A DNA stretch of 64,000 bases from Treponema sp. Its GTDB lineage: Bacteria > Spirochaetota > Spirochaetia > Treponematales > Treponemataceae. The notes under the pieces are model-generated. The model ran no database searches. It saw nothing but the letters and a program-made list of their open reading frames with translations, and was not told the origin of the DNA. The position numbers and the translations under genes were made by a program. The stretch covers positions 451-64,450 of the forward strand of contig JAGCUI010000057.1 of NCBI GenBank assembly GCA_017962965.1. Direction: 5' to 3'. Shown here in pieces: positions 28,884-38,236 of this stretch. Each line of letters opens with the position of its first letter. Position 1 is the stretch's first letter.

Positions 28884-29735
28884 TCATTTCATTTTACATG
28901 AAACTGAACCATAACGCAAATCAATTTCTGAAACTTCTGTATCCAGTAAGTTTACTACGTCTAATACTACCATCATATACTTTAATGCGTCTTCATTCAA
29001 TGACCGGTCGGTAAGAACTTTAACTTTTGACTGTGCAGGAATCAAAGAAAGCTCATAGTTTCCCGATTCTTTTGGTAAAACACAGATTTCGCTGATGCTT
29101 GCAAAGTAATTATTCTGGCGGATACCAATTTCTGCAATCTGGTCGATTAAAGGACGATACTTCATAGGAACCTTCATTCCGCCCGACATATGTTCAATTG
29201 GAAGTCCTGAAATGATCGGAATATATTTTGAATCCAATACTGCGGCATTTTTTACAGGGAATAATACACCGCTTCTGTCGATCTGCATTGGATATGTAAA
29301 TCCGTTTTCTACAACAAATGTAACTGCAACAGGGATGCGTTCAACAACATCTACATAAATTCTATTAGGAAATTTCTTTTCAATGATTGCACTGTCGATT
29401 CCGGCATCAGAAGTAAGGATTGCAACACCTTCTTCTACGTCAAAATCAAACCATGAAGAACAGTTCATCGGCACAAATTTACTTGCAATTTCTTCTGCCG
29501 AATATACCTGGTTTCCTCTGATAGTAACCTTTGGAGAAGCAAAACTTGGAAGCACATATCTGTAAGCAATAAGCTCGCCTACAAGCAGAACACACAAAAT
29601 CACAAAGATGATTTTAATGGCCTTAAGCTTTTTGTCGCCCGAAGAGGATTTTGGCTCTACGAACTCTTCCACTGCTCTGTCCTCCTTCTGATTAAAATTG
29701 TAAGTCTGATTTAATAACATTCCTACATCACTCAT
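28884..29735 (-). CDS. ftsQ: Cell division protein FtsQ/DivIB
   Basis: Single TM, POTRA-like region, C-terminal IDLRY; between ftsW and ftsA. Confidence 0.88.
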   Translation of the reverse strand: MSDVGMLLNQTYNFNQKEDRAVEEFVEPKSSSGDKKLKAIKIIFVILCVLLVGELIAYRYVLPSFASPKVTIRGNQVYSAEEIASKFVPMNCSSWFDFDVEEGVAILTSDAGIDSAIIEKKFPNRIYVDVVERIPVAVTFVVENGFTYPMQIDRSGVLFPVKNAAVLDSKYIPIISGLPIEHMSGGMKVPMKYRPLIDQIAEIGIRQNNYFASISEICVLPKESGNYELSLIPAQSKVKVLTDRSLNEDALKYMMVVLDVVNLLDTEVSEIDLRYGSVSCKMK

Positions 29736-29762
29736 TTTTCTCTCATTTCCCTTTTATTGAAT

Positions 29763-30956
29763 TTATAATACAGTTAATGTATCAACATTTACTTCTTCGT
29801 ACTTTATTTCATCACTTTCTTTTTCTTCGCACCTGGAAGCATTCAAAATAAAGCCGCACATTCCAAGAATTATGATTACAGAAGAACCACCGGCAGAAAA
29901 GAAAGGCAAAGCAATACCTGTGGAAGGCAAAACTCCGCAAACAATCATACAGTTGATGATTGACTGCAAAAAGATTACCGTTACACATCCAAAGCTTCCG
30001 TATGACGCAAATCTTGAAGGACATCTGAATGCTGTTTTATATCCGCGCCATGCAAAAAAGCAGAGTAAAAGGAGATATCCAACTACTCCAAAAAATCCCA
30101 TTGATTCAGCCCAGCCTGCAAAAATGTAGTCTGCCTGAACTTCAGGAATTGAATCCAGTTTAGAAAGTCCTCTACCAATTCCCTGTCCCCAGAAACCACC
30201 TGCACTTACTGCACTCTTAGAAGCAATTACCTGATAGTTAAAAGAAGAAGTTCCTTCGTTCGGATTTAAATAACCAATAATTCGTTCTACACGATACTGC
30301 TCCGAGGTAATCATAATGATAAGGATTGGAACCGAAAGGATTAAGAAAGGCCAGAACCATTTAAGTTTTGAACCTGTTACATAAAACATTAAAAGCCCGA
30401 TTATTGTGATAAAGAGGCTTGTAGAAAAGTCTTTCTGAGCAAGAACAAGAACAACCATTAAAAGGAAAATTCCTACACAAGGAAGCACATCCCTCTGGCT
30501 CTCTTCTTTAAGCTCATACTGTTTGTCAAAATAAGAAGCAAGGTACAAAACCACTGTGAGCTTTACAACTTCCGAAGGCTGGAAAGTAAAATTAAAAGGA
30601 AGACGGATCCAGCGTCGTGCACCATTTTTTTCGATTGAGAAAGGCTTTATAAAAGTGAGGATACAAAGAACAACACTTGCAATAACCATAAGCATTACAA
30701 GCTTTTTGATTGTCTTCATATCAAGAATCATGAATATTCCAAAGAGGAAAAATCCTGCCAAAGAACATACAAGCTGTCTTTTTACAAAATAAAATGAATC
30801 GTTTCCGAAAAAGCGTGCTGCATAGTTTTGAGAGCAAACAAAGAGAGTGAATAATCCAAAGCCCCACAAAAGAACAACGCTTACTAAAAATCCAATATCG
30901 CTCTTGTGATATTTTTCTAAAGGCTTATGAGCATAAAAAGTAAACTGATTATTCAT
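29763..30956 (-). CDS. ftsW: SEDS peptidoglycan glycosyltransferase FtsW
   Basis: NGARRWI, FQPSE, PEVQADYIF, TGIALPFFSAGGSS. Confidence 0.93.
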   Translation of the reverse strand: MNNQFTFYAHKPLEKYHKSDIGFLVSVVLLWGFGLFTLFVCSQNYAARFFGNDSFYFVKRQLVCSLAGFFLFGIFMILDMKTIKKLVMLMVIASVVLCILTFIKPFSIEKNGARRWIRLPFNFTFQPSEVVKLTVVLYLASYFDKQYELKEESQRDVLPCVGIFLLMVVLVLAQKDFSTSLFITIIGLLMFYVTGSKLKWFWPFLILSVPILIIMITSEQYRVERIIGYLNPNEGTSSFNYQVIASKSAVSAGGFWGQGIGRGLSKLDSIPEVQADYIFAGWAESMGFFGVVGYLLLLCFFAWRGYKTAFRCPSRFASYGSFGCVTVIFLQSIINCMIVCGVLPSTGIALPFFSAGGSSVIIILGMCGFILNASRCEEKESDEIKYEEVNVDTLTVL

Positions 30957-32389
30957 TACTTTGTTACCTCCCCGATAATATTTTCCAAAGCCATACTGTG
31001 AGAACCTTTAAACACAATTACATCACCATTCTGGCAAAGCTTTGTAAGATTCTGAGCAATCTGAGTAAAGTTTTCCTTGCTGTTTGTTTCGTAATATTCA
31101 TAAGCTGTAATATTATTTTCTTTAAGAACCTGAACGCATGCATTCATTTCTTTTCCAACAAGAATAACCTTTGTAAAATCGCTATTTAAAAGTACGCTTC
31201 CAATTCCGGCATGTGCTTCTTTGCTTTTTTCTCCAAGCTCGAGCATATCAGCCAGAACAAAATATTTTTTACCTGTTTCCTTTACGTCAGAAACAAATTC
31301 AATTACCTTAGTCATTGAGTCAGGATTTGCGTTATAACAATCCTTTACTAAAGTTATCTTTGCACCTGATTTAAGAACAGAATCTTCAATTTCCATTCTT
31401 CCACTGAGCTTTGCCATTCCTTCAAGTCCTTTTTTAATGAACTCTTTTTCAATTCCGCATTCTTTTGCAAGGGCAACAACTCCAAGTGCATTTACAAAAT
31501 TATGATCTCCGCTCAAAGGAAGATTTACTTCAAGACCGTCTACGCTGAATGTAATTCCCTTTAATCCGTTATTTTTAATGAATTTTACACCGCTTGTTTT
31601 TTCATCAACTGATTTTCCGAACAAAACCTTTTTACCCTTAACACACTTAAGGCAGAAAGAAGCAAAATCATCTTCGAATGGAACAAAAGCAGCTCCATCC
31701 TTTGGAATATAGTTAAAAGACTTTCTTTTTTCGATTGCAATGTTTTTACGGCTTCCAAGAATTCCTATGTGAGCAGTTCCGATGTTTGTAATAATTCCGT
31801 ATTTTGATTTTAAAACCTTTGAAATTTCTCCGATTTCGTTTACGCGGTTCATACCCATTTCAAAGATTCCATATTCATGATTTTCTCTGATATTAAATAC
31901 TGAAAGAGGAAGTCCTGTTTCTGAATTAAAGTTTCCCTGAGTATAAATAACTTTATCACCAAACTTTGCCTTGAATACAGAAACAAGCATTTCTTTTGTT
32001 GTAGTTTTTCCGCATGAGCCCGTAATACTGATTTTTACAAGGCGTGGAAATTTATTTACATAAGCTTCTGCTGCATCCTGAAGTGCATGAAGTGTATTTT
32101 TTACTGCAACAAAGCATACATTATTTTCTGCTGCAAGTTTCTGGTACAAAGCCTTATCTTTTTTTACTTCATCCTTATTTACAAAAATAACCGAAGCACC
32201 CTTTTCGATTGCACCAGGAATATATTTATGACCGTTCTGGAATTCACCGATTAAAGGCACAAACAAAGAATTCTTTACAACGTTTCGGCTGTCTGTTACT
32301 ACACTTTCAAAGCCGTAGTCTTTATTACAAGAGAGGCATTTTCCTTTTACTGCTTTTACAAGCTCATCAATTGTGAGTAAAGAAATCAT
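30956..32389 (-). CDS. murF: UDP-MurNAc-tripeptide D-Ala-D-Ala ligase
   Basis: TDSR, ITGSCGKTTTKE, EMGM, DCYNANPDSM, KGSHSM. Confidence 0.95.
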   Translation of the reverse strand: MISLLTIDELVKAVKGKCLSCNKDYGFESVVTDSRNVVKNSLFVPLIGEFQNGHKYIPGAIEKGASVIFVNKDEVKKDKALYQKLAAENNVCFVAVKNTLHALQDAAEAYVNKFPRLVKISITGSCGKTTTKEMLVSVFKAKFGDKVIYTQGNFNSETGLPLSVFNIRENHEYGIFEMGMNRVNEIGEISKVLKSKYGIITNIGTAHIGILGSRKNIAIEKRKSFNYIPKDGAAFVPFEDDFASFCLKCVKGKKVLFGKSVDEKTSGVKFIKNNGLKGITFSVDGLEVNLPLSGDHNFVNALGVVALAKECGIEKEFIKKGLEGMAKLSGRMEIEDSVLKSGAKITLVKDCYNANPDSMTKVIEFVSDVKETGKKYFVLADMLELGEKSKEAHAGIGSVLLNSDFTKVILVGKEMNACVQVLKENNITAYEYYETNSKENFTQIAQNLTKLCQNGDVIVFKGSHSMALENIIGEVTK

Positions 32390-32703
32390 TGCTTTTTCTC
32401 CCCTGTCATTTCTACACGGATAATATCATCACTTTCGGCCTTGTGCATTCCAAGCTCTTCTGTTGCAATTTTTTCAATTCTTTCTGCACTGGTCAAAATA
32501 CTTATATCGCTGATTAATCTTTTATTTTCTTCGATTAATTTTTCCTGCTTTAATTCAAGATCTTCAATTTCGTTTGATAAATCTGTATATTTTTTAGCCT
32601 GAACTGCATACAAAAATAAAAGCACTGAAACAGAAGCAGTTAAGATACAGATTAAAATAGCCTTGATAAAATCTTTTACTTTAAGTTTATTCTGTTTATT
32701 CAT
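32386..32703 (-). CDS. ftsL: Cell division protein FtsL
   Basis: One TM plus coiled coil, RIEKIATEELGM; ATG 32703 just after the rsmH stop. Confidence 0.82.
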   Translation of the reverse strand: MNKQNKLKVKDFIKAILICILTASVSVLLFLYAVQAKKYTDLSNEIEDLELKQEKLIEENKRLISDISILTSAERIEKIATEELGMHKAESDDIIRVEMTGEKKQ

Positions 32704-32704
32704 A

Positions 32705-33691
32705 TCAGTACCCCACAACTCCATCCAAATGATATTTTGTAGCATCACAGATTTTTCTTATTACTCTAAGCTTTGCACTTCTTGAAGGTGAATTAACCTT
32801 TACTTCCTGTTCTGTTGGACAAACAGGCTTTCTGGTTAAAATTTCTGCACACTGTTTACCACCACAGCGGCATACAGCAACTTCAGGAGGACAAACACAC
32901 TGTTTACCAAGATTTTTAAAAAAGTTTTTTACGATTCTGTCTTCAAGTGAATGGAAGGTGATTACTCCCATTTTTCCGCCTGCATTTAAATCCTGGAAGG
33001 CGTCGAATAAAGCCTGTGGCAATCTTTTTAACTCACTGTTTACTGCAATGCGTAAAGCCTGGAAGGTTCTTGTAGCAGGATGAATTGAACCGTAGCGGTA
33101 ATTTGCAGGAACAGCATTCCAGATAATTTCTGCCAATGCCTTTGAAGATTCAATTTTTCCACCTGCTCTTGCTTCTACAATTGCTTTTGCAATTCTGCGG
33201 CTTAATTTTTCTTCTCCATAAAGATAAATTAAATCTGCAAGTTTTCCTTCTGAAAGTTCATTTACTAAATCAGAAGCAGAATTTTCACTTAAAGGACTTA
33301 ATCTCATATCAAGGCTTTCGTCATATCTGAAAGAAAAACCTCTCTGAGACTTTTCGTAATGAAATACAGAGATTCCTAAATCAAAAAGGATTAAATCAGG
33401 TTTGTTATATTCTGAAGGATAGTTTTTATAAAAATCGTTGAACCAGCCGTTATAAAAATGAACTCTTTCTCCAAAGCTGCTCAATCGTTCCTTAGCTTTA
33501 GCCTGAATAACAGGATCTGCATCAAGACCAATAACCGAAAGATTTTTATACTTAGAAAGGAAGTTGAACGTATGTCCGCCTTCACCCAGAGTTGAATCAA
33601 CCATGAGGGCATTCTTTTCGTAAGGTTCTCCAACCGGAGAAAGCCATTCGAGACATTCATTTAAAAGTACAGGAGTATGTACTATTTCCAT
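32705..33691 (-). CDS. rsmH: 16S rRNA m4C1402 methyltransferase
   Basis: HTPVLL, DSTLGEGGH, DLGIS, FQALRIAVN, ITFHSLEDR, RSAKLR. Confidence 0.97.
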   Translation of the reverse strand: MEIVHTPVLLNECLEWLSPVGEPYEKNALMVDSTLGEGGHTFNFLSKYKNLSVIGLDADPVIQAKAKERLSSFGERVHFYNGWFNDFYKNYPSEYNKPDLILFDLGISVFHYEKSQRGFSFRYDESLDMRLSPLSENSASDLVNELSEGKLADLIYLYGEEKLSRRIAKAIVEARAGGKIESSKALAEIIWNAVPANYRYGSIHPATRTFQALRIAVNSELKRLPQALFDAFQDLNAGGKMGVITFHSLEDRIVKNFFKNLGKQCVCPPEVAVCRCGGKQCAEILTRKPVCPTEQEVKVNSPSRSAKLRVIRKICDATKYHLDGVVGY

Positions 33692-33774
33692 TTCGCTTTA
33701 AAACTGCCAGAATCAGGCCTTAATTAAAAAGCCTGGTTCTGACAGTTCCCCTTCCACCCATATTTTCTATAATA

Positions 33775-34218
33775 TTAAAAACTAATATCATCAAAATCTT
33801 CCGCAGCATCACGGAAGGAGTCTTCACTCGATTCAAGGTACTCGTTATAGGCTGCAGAATCCCACAATTCCACATACTTTGCCATTCCAAGAATAGTACA
33901 ATCCTTGGTGAGCCCTGCATAATCTCGCAGACTCTGCGGGATAGACAAACGTCCATTTTTATCAAATTCCACATCCTGAGCCGGTGCAATAAAACGTCGT
34001 ACAACCATCATGCTCTTTTCTTTTAATAAAGAAGCACTGCACGTAATCTTGGACTGGAACTGTTCCCATTCATCTAGAGTAAAAAGCCATAAGCAGTGTC
34101 CTGAACCCTTGGTAATCATAAGTACATTTTGATTAATAGCCGTCCTCAGCTTTGCAGGAAATGAGACGCGACCTTTTTCGTCAATTGTATTATTGTATTC
34201 ACCAGTTAATAGATTCAT
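33775..34218 (-). CDS. mraZ: Division/cell wall cluster repressor MraZ
   Basis: Two DxKGR/DKNGR motifs, ELW; first gene of the dcw cluster. Confidence 0.96.
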   Translation of the reverse strand: MNLLTGEYNNTIDEKGRVSFPAKLRTAINQNVLMITKGSGHCLWLFTLDEWEQFQSKITCSASLLKEKSMMVVRRFIAPAQDVEFDKNGRLSIPQSLRDYAGLTKDCTILGMAKYVELWDSAAYNEYLESSEDSFRDAAEDFDDISF

Positions 34219-34220
34219 AC

Positions 34221-34291
34221 CCACTTATTACCACTTTTTACCACTATTTCCCACTTATCTCCCATTTTATAGCAAAAAATTCTAAAGTCAA
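34221..34291 (-). promoter_or_regulatory. dcw promoter with MraZ-binding GTGG repeats
   Basis: CCAC (GTGG on minus) at 34221, 34231, 34241 and 34251, an exact 10-bp period, plus a degenerate fifth; TTGACT-N16-TAAAAT at 34291-34264. Confidence 0.85.
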
Positions 34292-34382
34292 CGGGTTTTT
34301 TAACCAATAATTAAAAAAATGTTCAAAAAATCCCAAAAGTTCTGTACATAATTATAGTAAAATCAATATAATCACTATAAAA

Positions 34383-35102
34383 ATGATAAATATTCAAAAC
34401 GAAAGCAGTCTTCATAATTCACTCAAGCTTTATTACGCAAATAAGTTCAACGGGCTTACGGAGGTCCAGAAAGACGGACATATTTATGATGTAATTGCTT
34501 CTAATGGACATATTTACGAGATTCAGACAAAAAACCTCTCTGCCCTGCTTCCAAAAATCCAGGACACAATAAAGAGAAAAAATAAAATTACAATCGTTCA
34601 TCCTTTAATAATTACAAATAAAATTTATTTAACTGATGAAAACGGAGAATTGATTTCCAAAAGAAAGAGTCCTAAAAAAGGCTGCATATACGATTTATTC
34701 AATGAGCTTACAAAAATCTATCCTGTTTTATTAAATAAATATTTTTCGCTCGAAGTAGTTTTGATTGATATGATTGAACACAGAATCCGCACAAGTAACG
34801 AGGTTCAATCTAAAAACCAAAGAAGACGCTATAAAAAAAACTGGCTCAAAGTAAATAAGCGCTTAGAAAATATAATTCAAACTATAACTTTTAAAACAAA
34901 AAAAGATTACCTTACCCTTCTTCCAAAAGCTCTGCCCCAGGAATTTTCTGCAAAAGAATTAAAAAAAGCATTACAGGCTGATAAAACAATTCCTTCAAGA
35001 GCGGCCACACTTTCTCATTTAATTATCTGGGTTTTATTCAGAATGGATTTACTTATCTTTACAAGAGTGCAGAACAGAAGCCACTATTACAGCGTTAAAT
35101 AA
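34383..35102 (+). CDS. Hypothetical protein, probable PD-(D/E)XK nuclease fold
   Basis: NESSLH..LK, TE...YDV...YEIQT pattern; basic protein with possible C-terminal winged helix. Confidence 0.65.
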   Translation: MINIQNESSLHNSLKLYYANKFNGLTEVQKDGHIYDVIASNGHIYEIQTKNLSALLPKIQDTIKRKNKITIVHPLIITNKIYLTDENGELISKRKSPKKGCIYDLFNELTKIYPVLLNKYFSLEVVLIDMIEHRIRTSNEVQSKNQRRRYKKNWLKVNKRLENIIQTITFKTKKDYLTLLPKALPQEFSAKELKKALQADKTIPSRAATLSHLIIWVLFRMDLLIFTRVQNRSHYYSVK

Positions 35103-35131
35103 AAAAAAGGACGTCCTTTTGAGACGTCCTT
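35101..35131 (-). terminator. Intrinsic terminator after flaA paralogs (possibly bidirectional)
   Basis: AAGGACGTC-N7-GACGTCCTT with a T-run on the minus strand, between convergent genes. Confidence 0.8.
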
Positions 35132-35156
35132 GATTTTGCATTACTTAATATTCTTA

Positions 35157-35870
35157 TTACCAGTTATCGTTCATATCATCTTCATCGTGGTTTTCAAGAT
35201 CATAAAGGTCTGTTACTGCACGAAGATCATCAAGATACATATAGAACTGACCGCGAGCCTGCATTGGGTTACAGTCTACTCTGAATCCTACGATTCTAAG
35301 ACCAGGCTTGTCTCCGTAATATGCACTGCTCTGTACAATTCCATGTTCTCCATCAGGACTAGGTGGAACTACACAAGTAAGTTTTTTCCATCCGCTGAAT
35401 GCGAGTGTACCCATGTAAAGTTCAAAGTTTCTACCAAAGTAGTCCTGAACTAATACATACATTTCGTGATTCTGATTACGTCCGCAAACCCAAACAGAAA
35501 TTGTTTTTACAGTTCCTTCGATTGGTAATGGACGTCCGGCAGTAATTGTGAATGAATCTCTACCGCGTCTAAAGAAGTCTACACGTACACCAAGTACCTG
35601 TGTATCTTCGTCTGCTTTATCTTCATCACCTGGAAGTGGTTCTTTCATTGCAGGGCTACCATCAAAAAGACGAGCTGCAATTACACCATCATCCGGAGAA
35701 ATATGAACATACCATGAACCTTCACGTTCGAATTTATCGATTGATACTTCACGTAAAGCGAGCATTGCTGAGTCAGCACCTACAGTTTCAGGATTTGGTT
35801 CACTAAGACTCTGAGCAAACATCATTGAGGCTGTCAAAAGAACAGCTGCTAAAGCTAAAAGTTTTTTCAT
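35157..35870 (-). CDS. flaA: Flagellar filament outer-layer (sheath) protein, FlaA family
   Basis: Signal peptide; VLGVRVDF, KTISVWVCG, GTLAFSGWKKL, YLDDLRAVTD. Confidence 0.88.
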   Translation of the reverse strand: MKKLLALAAVLLTASMMFAQSLSEPNPETVGADSAMLALREVSIDKFEREGSWYVHISPDDGVIAARLFDGSPAMKEPLPGDEDKADEDTQVLGVRVDFFRRGRDSFTITAGRPLPIEGTVKTISVWVCGRNQNHEMYVLVQDYFGRNFELYMGTLAFSGWKKLTCVVPPSPDGEHGIVQSSAYYGDKPGLRIVGFRVDCNPMQARGQFYMYLDDLRAVTDLYDLENHDEDDMNDNW

Positions 35871-36628
35871 TTTCCGTCTCCTGTGTTGCTGCCTGAAGAA
35901 GTTGAATCATCAAATTCAACATCCTTTAATTCATAACCATCATAAATGAATGAGAGTGAATTAGTTGTGTATTTAATCTGATCAAAGAAGATTACGAAAT
36001 TATCTACATATTCTTCTGCATCTGTACGGACTCTAAAGCCTACAAATGTCATATTCTCAGGACCACTTCTTAAGTGTGAATGCTGCTGGAGCCATCCCGG
36101 AACATTTACAATGATATTTTTCCATCCGTTGAATGCAAGAGAACCGCACTGCAAAACGTGAACACGTCCTGTAGCATCGCGTACTAACAATTCAAGATAG
36201 TATTTATAGTTTGCACCCCATACCCAGAAATCAACCTGAGTAACTGTACCTACAAAAGGAACTTCAAAAGGTTTTCCGTCAACAACAGGATATACTTCGA
36301 ACCAGTTATCACCTTTTCTGTTGAATGCTGTCTGAACTCCCAATACTTTTGCCGGTGTGTCATTTCCACGACGAAGCAATTTAAGTGAATTTGGAATTCC
36401 TTCATAATATCCCTGTCTTGGATATCCTTCTGCAACAAAACGGCTTGAATTAACAGCCCAATCCCAGCTGTATGTTACACCGTTGTACATATAATTCTGT
36501 TCGCCTACAGAATCAAAATTGTCGATAACAAAAGTCTCTACACTCTTTGAATTAGGCTGCGCAAACAAAGGCAAACCTGCAAAACAAAGAACTATAAGAC
36601 CTGTAAGAACTTTAAGTCCCCTTTTCAT
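35867..36628 (-). CDS. flaA: Flagellar filament outer-layer protein, FlaA-family paralog
   Basis: Signal peptide; VLGVQTAFNRKG, WVWGANY, GSLAFNGWKNI, FFDQIK; overlaps the downstream paralog by 4 bp. Confidence 0.87.
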   Translation of the reverse strand: MKRGLKVLTGLIVLCFAGLPLFAQPNSKSVETFVIDNFDSVGEQNYMYNGVTYSWDWAVNSSRFVAEGYPRQGYYEGIPNSLKLLRRGNDTPAKVLGVQTAFNRKGDNWFEVYPVVDGKPFEVPFVGTVTQVDFWVWGANYKYYLELLVRDATGRVHVLQCGSLAFNGWKNIIVNVPGWLQQHSHLRSGPENMTFVGFRVRTDAEEYVDNFVIFFDQIKYTTNSLSFIYDGYELKDVEFDDSTSSGSNTGDGK

Positions 36629-36693
36629 GCAAAACTCCTTAAACCTTTTTTAATATCCCGATAAAAGAACAAAAAAAAGATTTCTATATTATT

Positions 36694-36721
36694 TTATCGG
36701 CATTACTTCTATAAATGTTTA
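36694..36721 (-). promoter_or_regulatory. sigma28 (FliA) promoter for the flaA pair
   Basis: TAAA-N16-GCCGATAA upstream of flagellar sheath genes. Confidence 0.72.
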
Positions 36722-36879
36722 GTTTAAAAATAATTATATTTCCTATAGGTATGTTTGTCAAACAGAAACAGGAAAGAGAAAAATAATAAGAATAAGTTCA
36801 CTAATTGAATAAAATTCTTAATTATTCTATTATATAGAAAAATATAGGACGACCTAACAAGCGTCAAAAGGATGATTTA

Positions 36880-37884
36880 ATGGCTATTTTAAGTTATAAA
36901 GAACTCGGTCTTGTAAACACACGCGATATGTTTGCAAAGGCTATTAAAGGCGGATATGCTATTCCAGCATATAACTTTAACAACATGGAACAGATGCAGG
37001 CTATTATTCAGGCTTGTGTTGAAACAAAATCTCCAGTTATTCTTCAGGTATCTAAAGGTGCACGTGCTTATGCAGATAAATACATTCTGCGCAACATGGC
37101 TCGCGGTGCTGTAGAATACGCACACGAACTTGGATGTGATATTCCTATCGTTCTTCACCTAGACCACGGTCCAAACTTCGAAGTTGCAAAAGACTGTATC
37201 GATAACGGATTCTCTTCTGTTATGATTGACGGTTCTGCACTTCCATACGACGAAAACGTTGCTCTTACAAAACAGGTTGTAGACTACGCTCACCAGTTCG
37301 ACGTAACAGTTGAAGCAGAACTTGGTGTTCTTGGTGGTGTAGAAGATGATGTTGCTGCTGAAGAATCAAAATACACAAAACCTGAAGAAGTTGTAGACTT
37401 CACTTCTAAAACAGGATGTGACTCACTTGCAATTTCTATCGGAACTTCACACGGAAGATGTAAGTTCACTCCAGCTCAGTGTACACGCACTGCTGACGGT
37501 GTTCTTATTCCTCCTCCACTGGCTTTCAACGTTCTTGAAGAAATTGAAAAGCAGCTTCCAGGTTTCCCAATCGTACTTCACGGTTCTTCTTCTGTTCCTG
37601 TTGAATATGTAAAGATTATTGAACAGTTCGGTGGAAAAATCCCTGATTCAGTTGGTATTCCAGAAGAACAGCTCAGAAAAGCAGCTAAATCTGCAGTATG
37701 TAAGATCAACATCGACTCTGATGGACGCCTTGCTATCACAGCAGCTGTACGTAAATTCCTCGCAGAAAACCCAGAAGCATTTGACCCACGTCAGTTCCTC
37801 TCAGCTGCCCGCGACGAAGCAAAGAAAATGTACATGCACAAGAACATCGAAGTATTAGGCTCAGCTGGACATGCATTAGACTAA
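36880..37884 (+). CDS. fba: Class II fructose-1,6-bisphosphate aldolase
   Basis: LHLDHG, SVMIDGS, VEAELG, SIGTSHG, VLHGSS, KINIDSD; strongly biased codon use. Confidence 0.96.
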   Translation: MAILSYKELGLVNTRDMFAKAIKGGYAIPAYNFNNMEQMQAIIQACVETKSPVILQVSKGARAYADKYILRNMARGAVEYAHELGCDIPIVLHLDHGPNFEVAKDCIDNGFSSVMIDGSALPYDENVALTKQVVDYAHQFDVTVEAELGVLGGVEDDVAAEESKYTKPEEVVDFTSKTGCDSLAISIGTSHGRCKFTPAQCTRTADGVLIPPPLAFNVLEEIEKQLPGFPIVLHGSSSVPVEYVKIIEQFGGKIPDSVGIPEEQLRKAAKSAVCKINIDSDGRLAITAAVRKFLAENPEAFDPRQFLSAARDEAKKMYMHKNIEVLGSAGHALD

Positions 37885-38101
37885 TAAAGCCGCTGGTTTT
37901 GCGAAAGCAAAACCAGGTAAGCACAACTTGTTGTGCGACTCACGCATTAGACTAATAAGATATGCTAGTTTTGCGCAAGCAAAACTAGGTAAGCACGCGC
38001 AAGCGTGCGGCACATGCATTAGACTAATACATTGTGCTGGTTTTGCGTAAGCAAAACCAGGTAAGCACGCGCAAGCGTGCGACTCACGCATTAGACTAAT
38101 A
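37873..38101 (+). repeat. Tandem array of three 71-72 bp double-hairpin units bounded by four copies of GCATTAGACTAATA
   Basis: Boundary repeat at 37873, 37944, 38016 and 38088; each unit has CTRGTTTTGC-GNAA-GCAAAACYAG followed by GTAA and a GCAC..GTGC hairpin. Confidence 0.95.
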
Positions 38102-38111
38102 AACTAATACC

Positions 38112-38148
38112 CCGTCATTGCGAGGAGCCTTGCGACGAAGCAATCCAC
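38112..38148 (+). repeat. GTCATTGCGAG...GCAATC REP-like element, copy 1
   Basis: CCGTCATTGCGAGGAGCCTTGCGACGAAGCAATCCAC; related copies at 39760-39841. Confidence 0.8.
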
Positions 38149-38173
38149 TATTCCTCGCAGAATGTAAGGGCGT

Positions 38174-38209
38174 AAAAAAAGACTTTCGTTTTTACGAAAG
38201 TCTTTTTTT
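38174..38209. terminator. Bidirectional intrinsic terminator
   Basis: A7-GACTTTCGT-TTTT-ACGAAAGTC-T7 between convergent fba and the membrane-protein gene. Confidence 0.9.
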
Positions 38210-38236
38210 ATCTCATCATAATTTCAATCTATATTA

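Noticed and set aside
33708-33741. Hairpin between mraZ and rsmH as a terminator
   Set aside because: No U-tract follows on the coding strand and the stem has a mismatch in that orientation; at most a stability or processing element.
29763-34218. Missing ftsI/murE/mraY/murD/murG in the dcw cluster
   Set aside because: A reduced dcw cluster is normal for spirochetes, and the genes here are tightly coupled with no deletion scar.
37876-38091. 71-aa Cys-rich repetitive ORF (RiPP-like precursor)
   Set aside because: It is an antisense reading of the 72-bp repeats with no RBS or modifying enzymes nearby, and the substitutions are explained by base-pair covariation.
37873-38101. CRISPR array
   Set aside because: The constant repeat is only 14-17 bp, the intervening segments are homologous to each other, and no cas genes are in the window.
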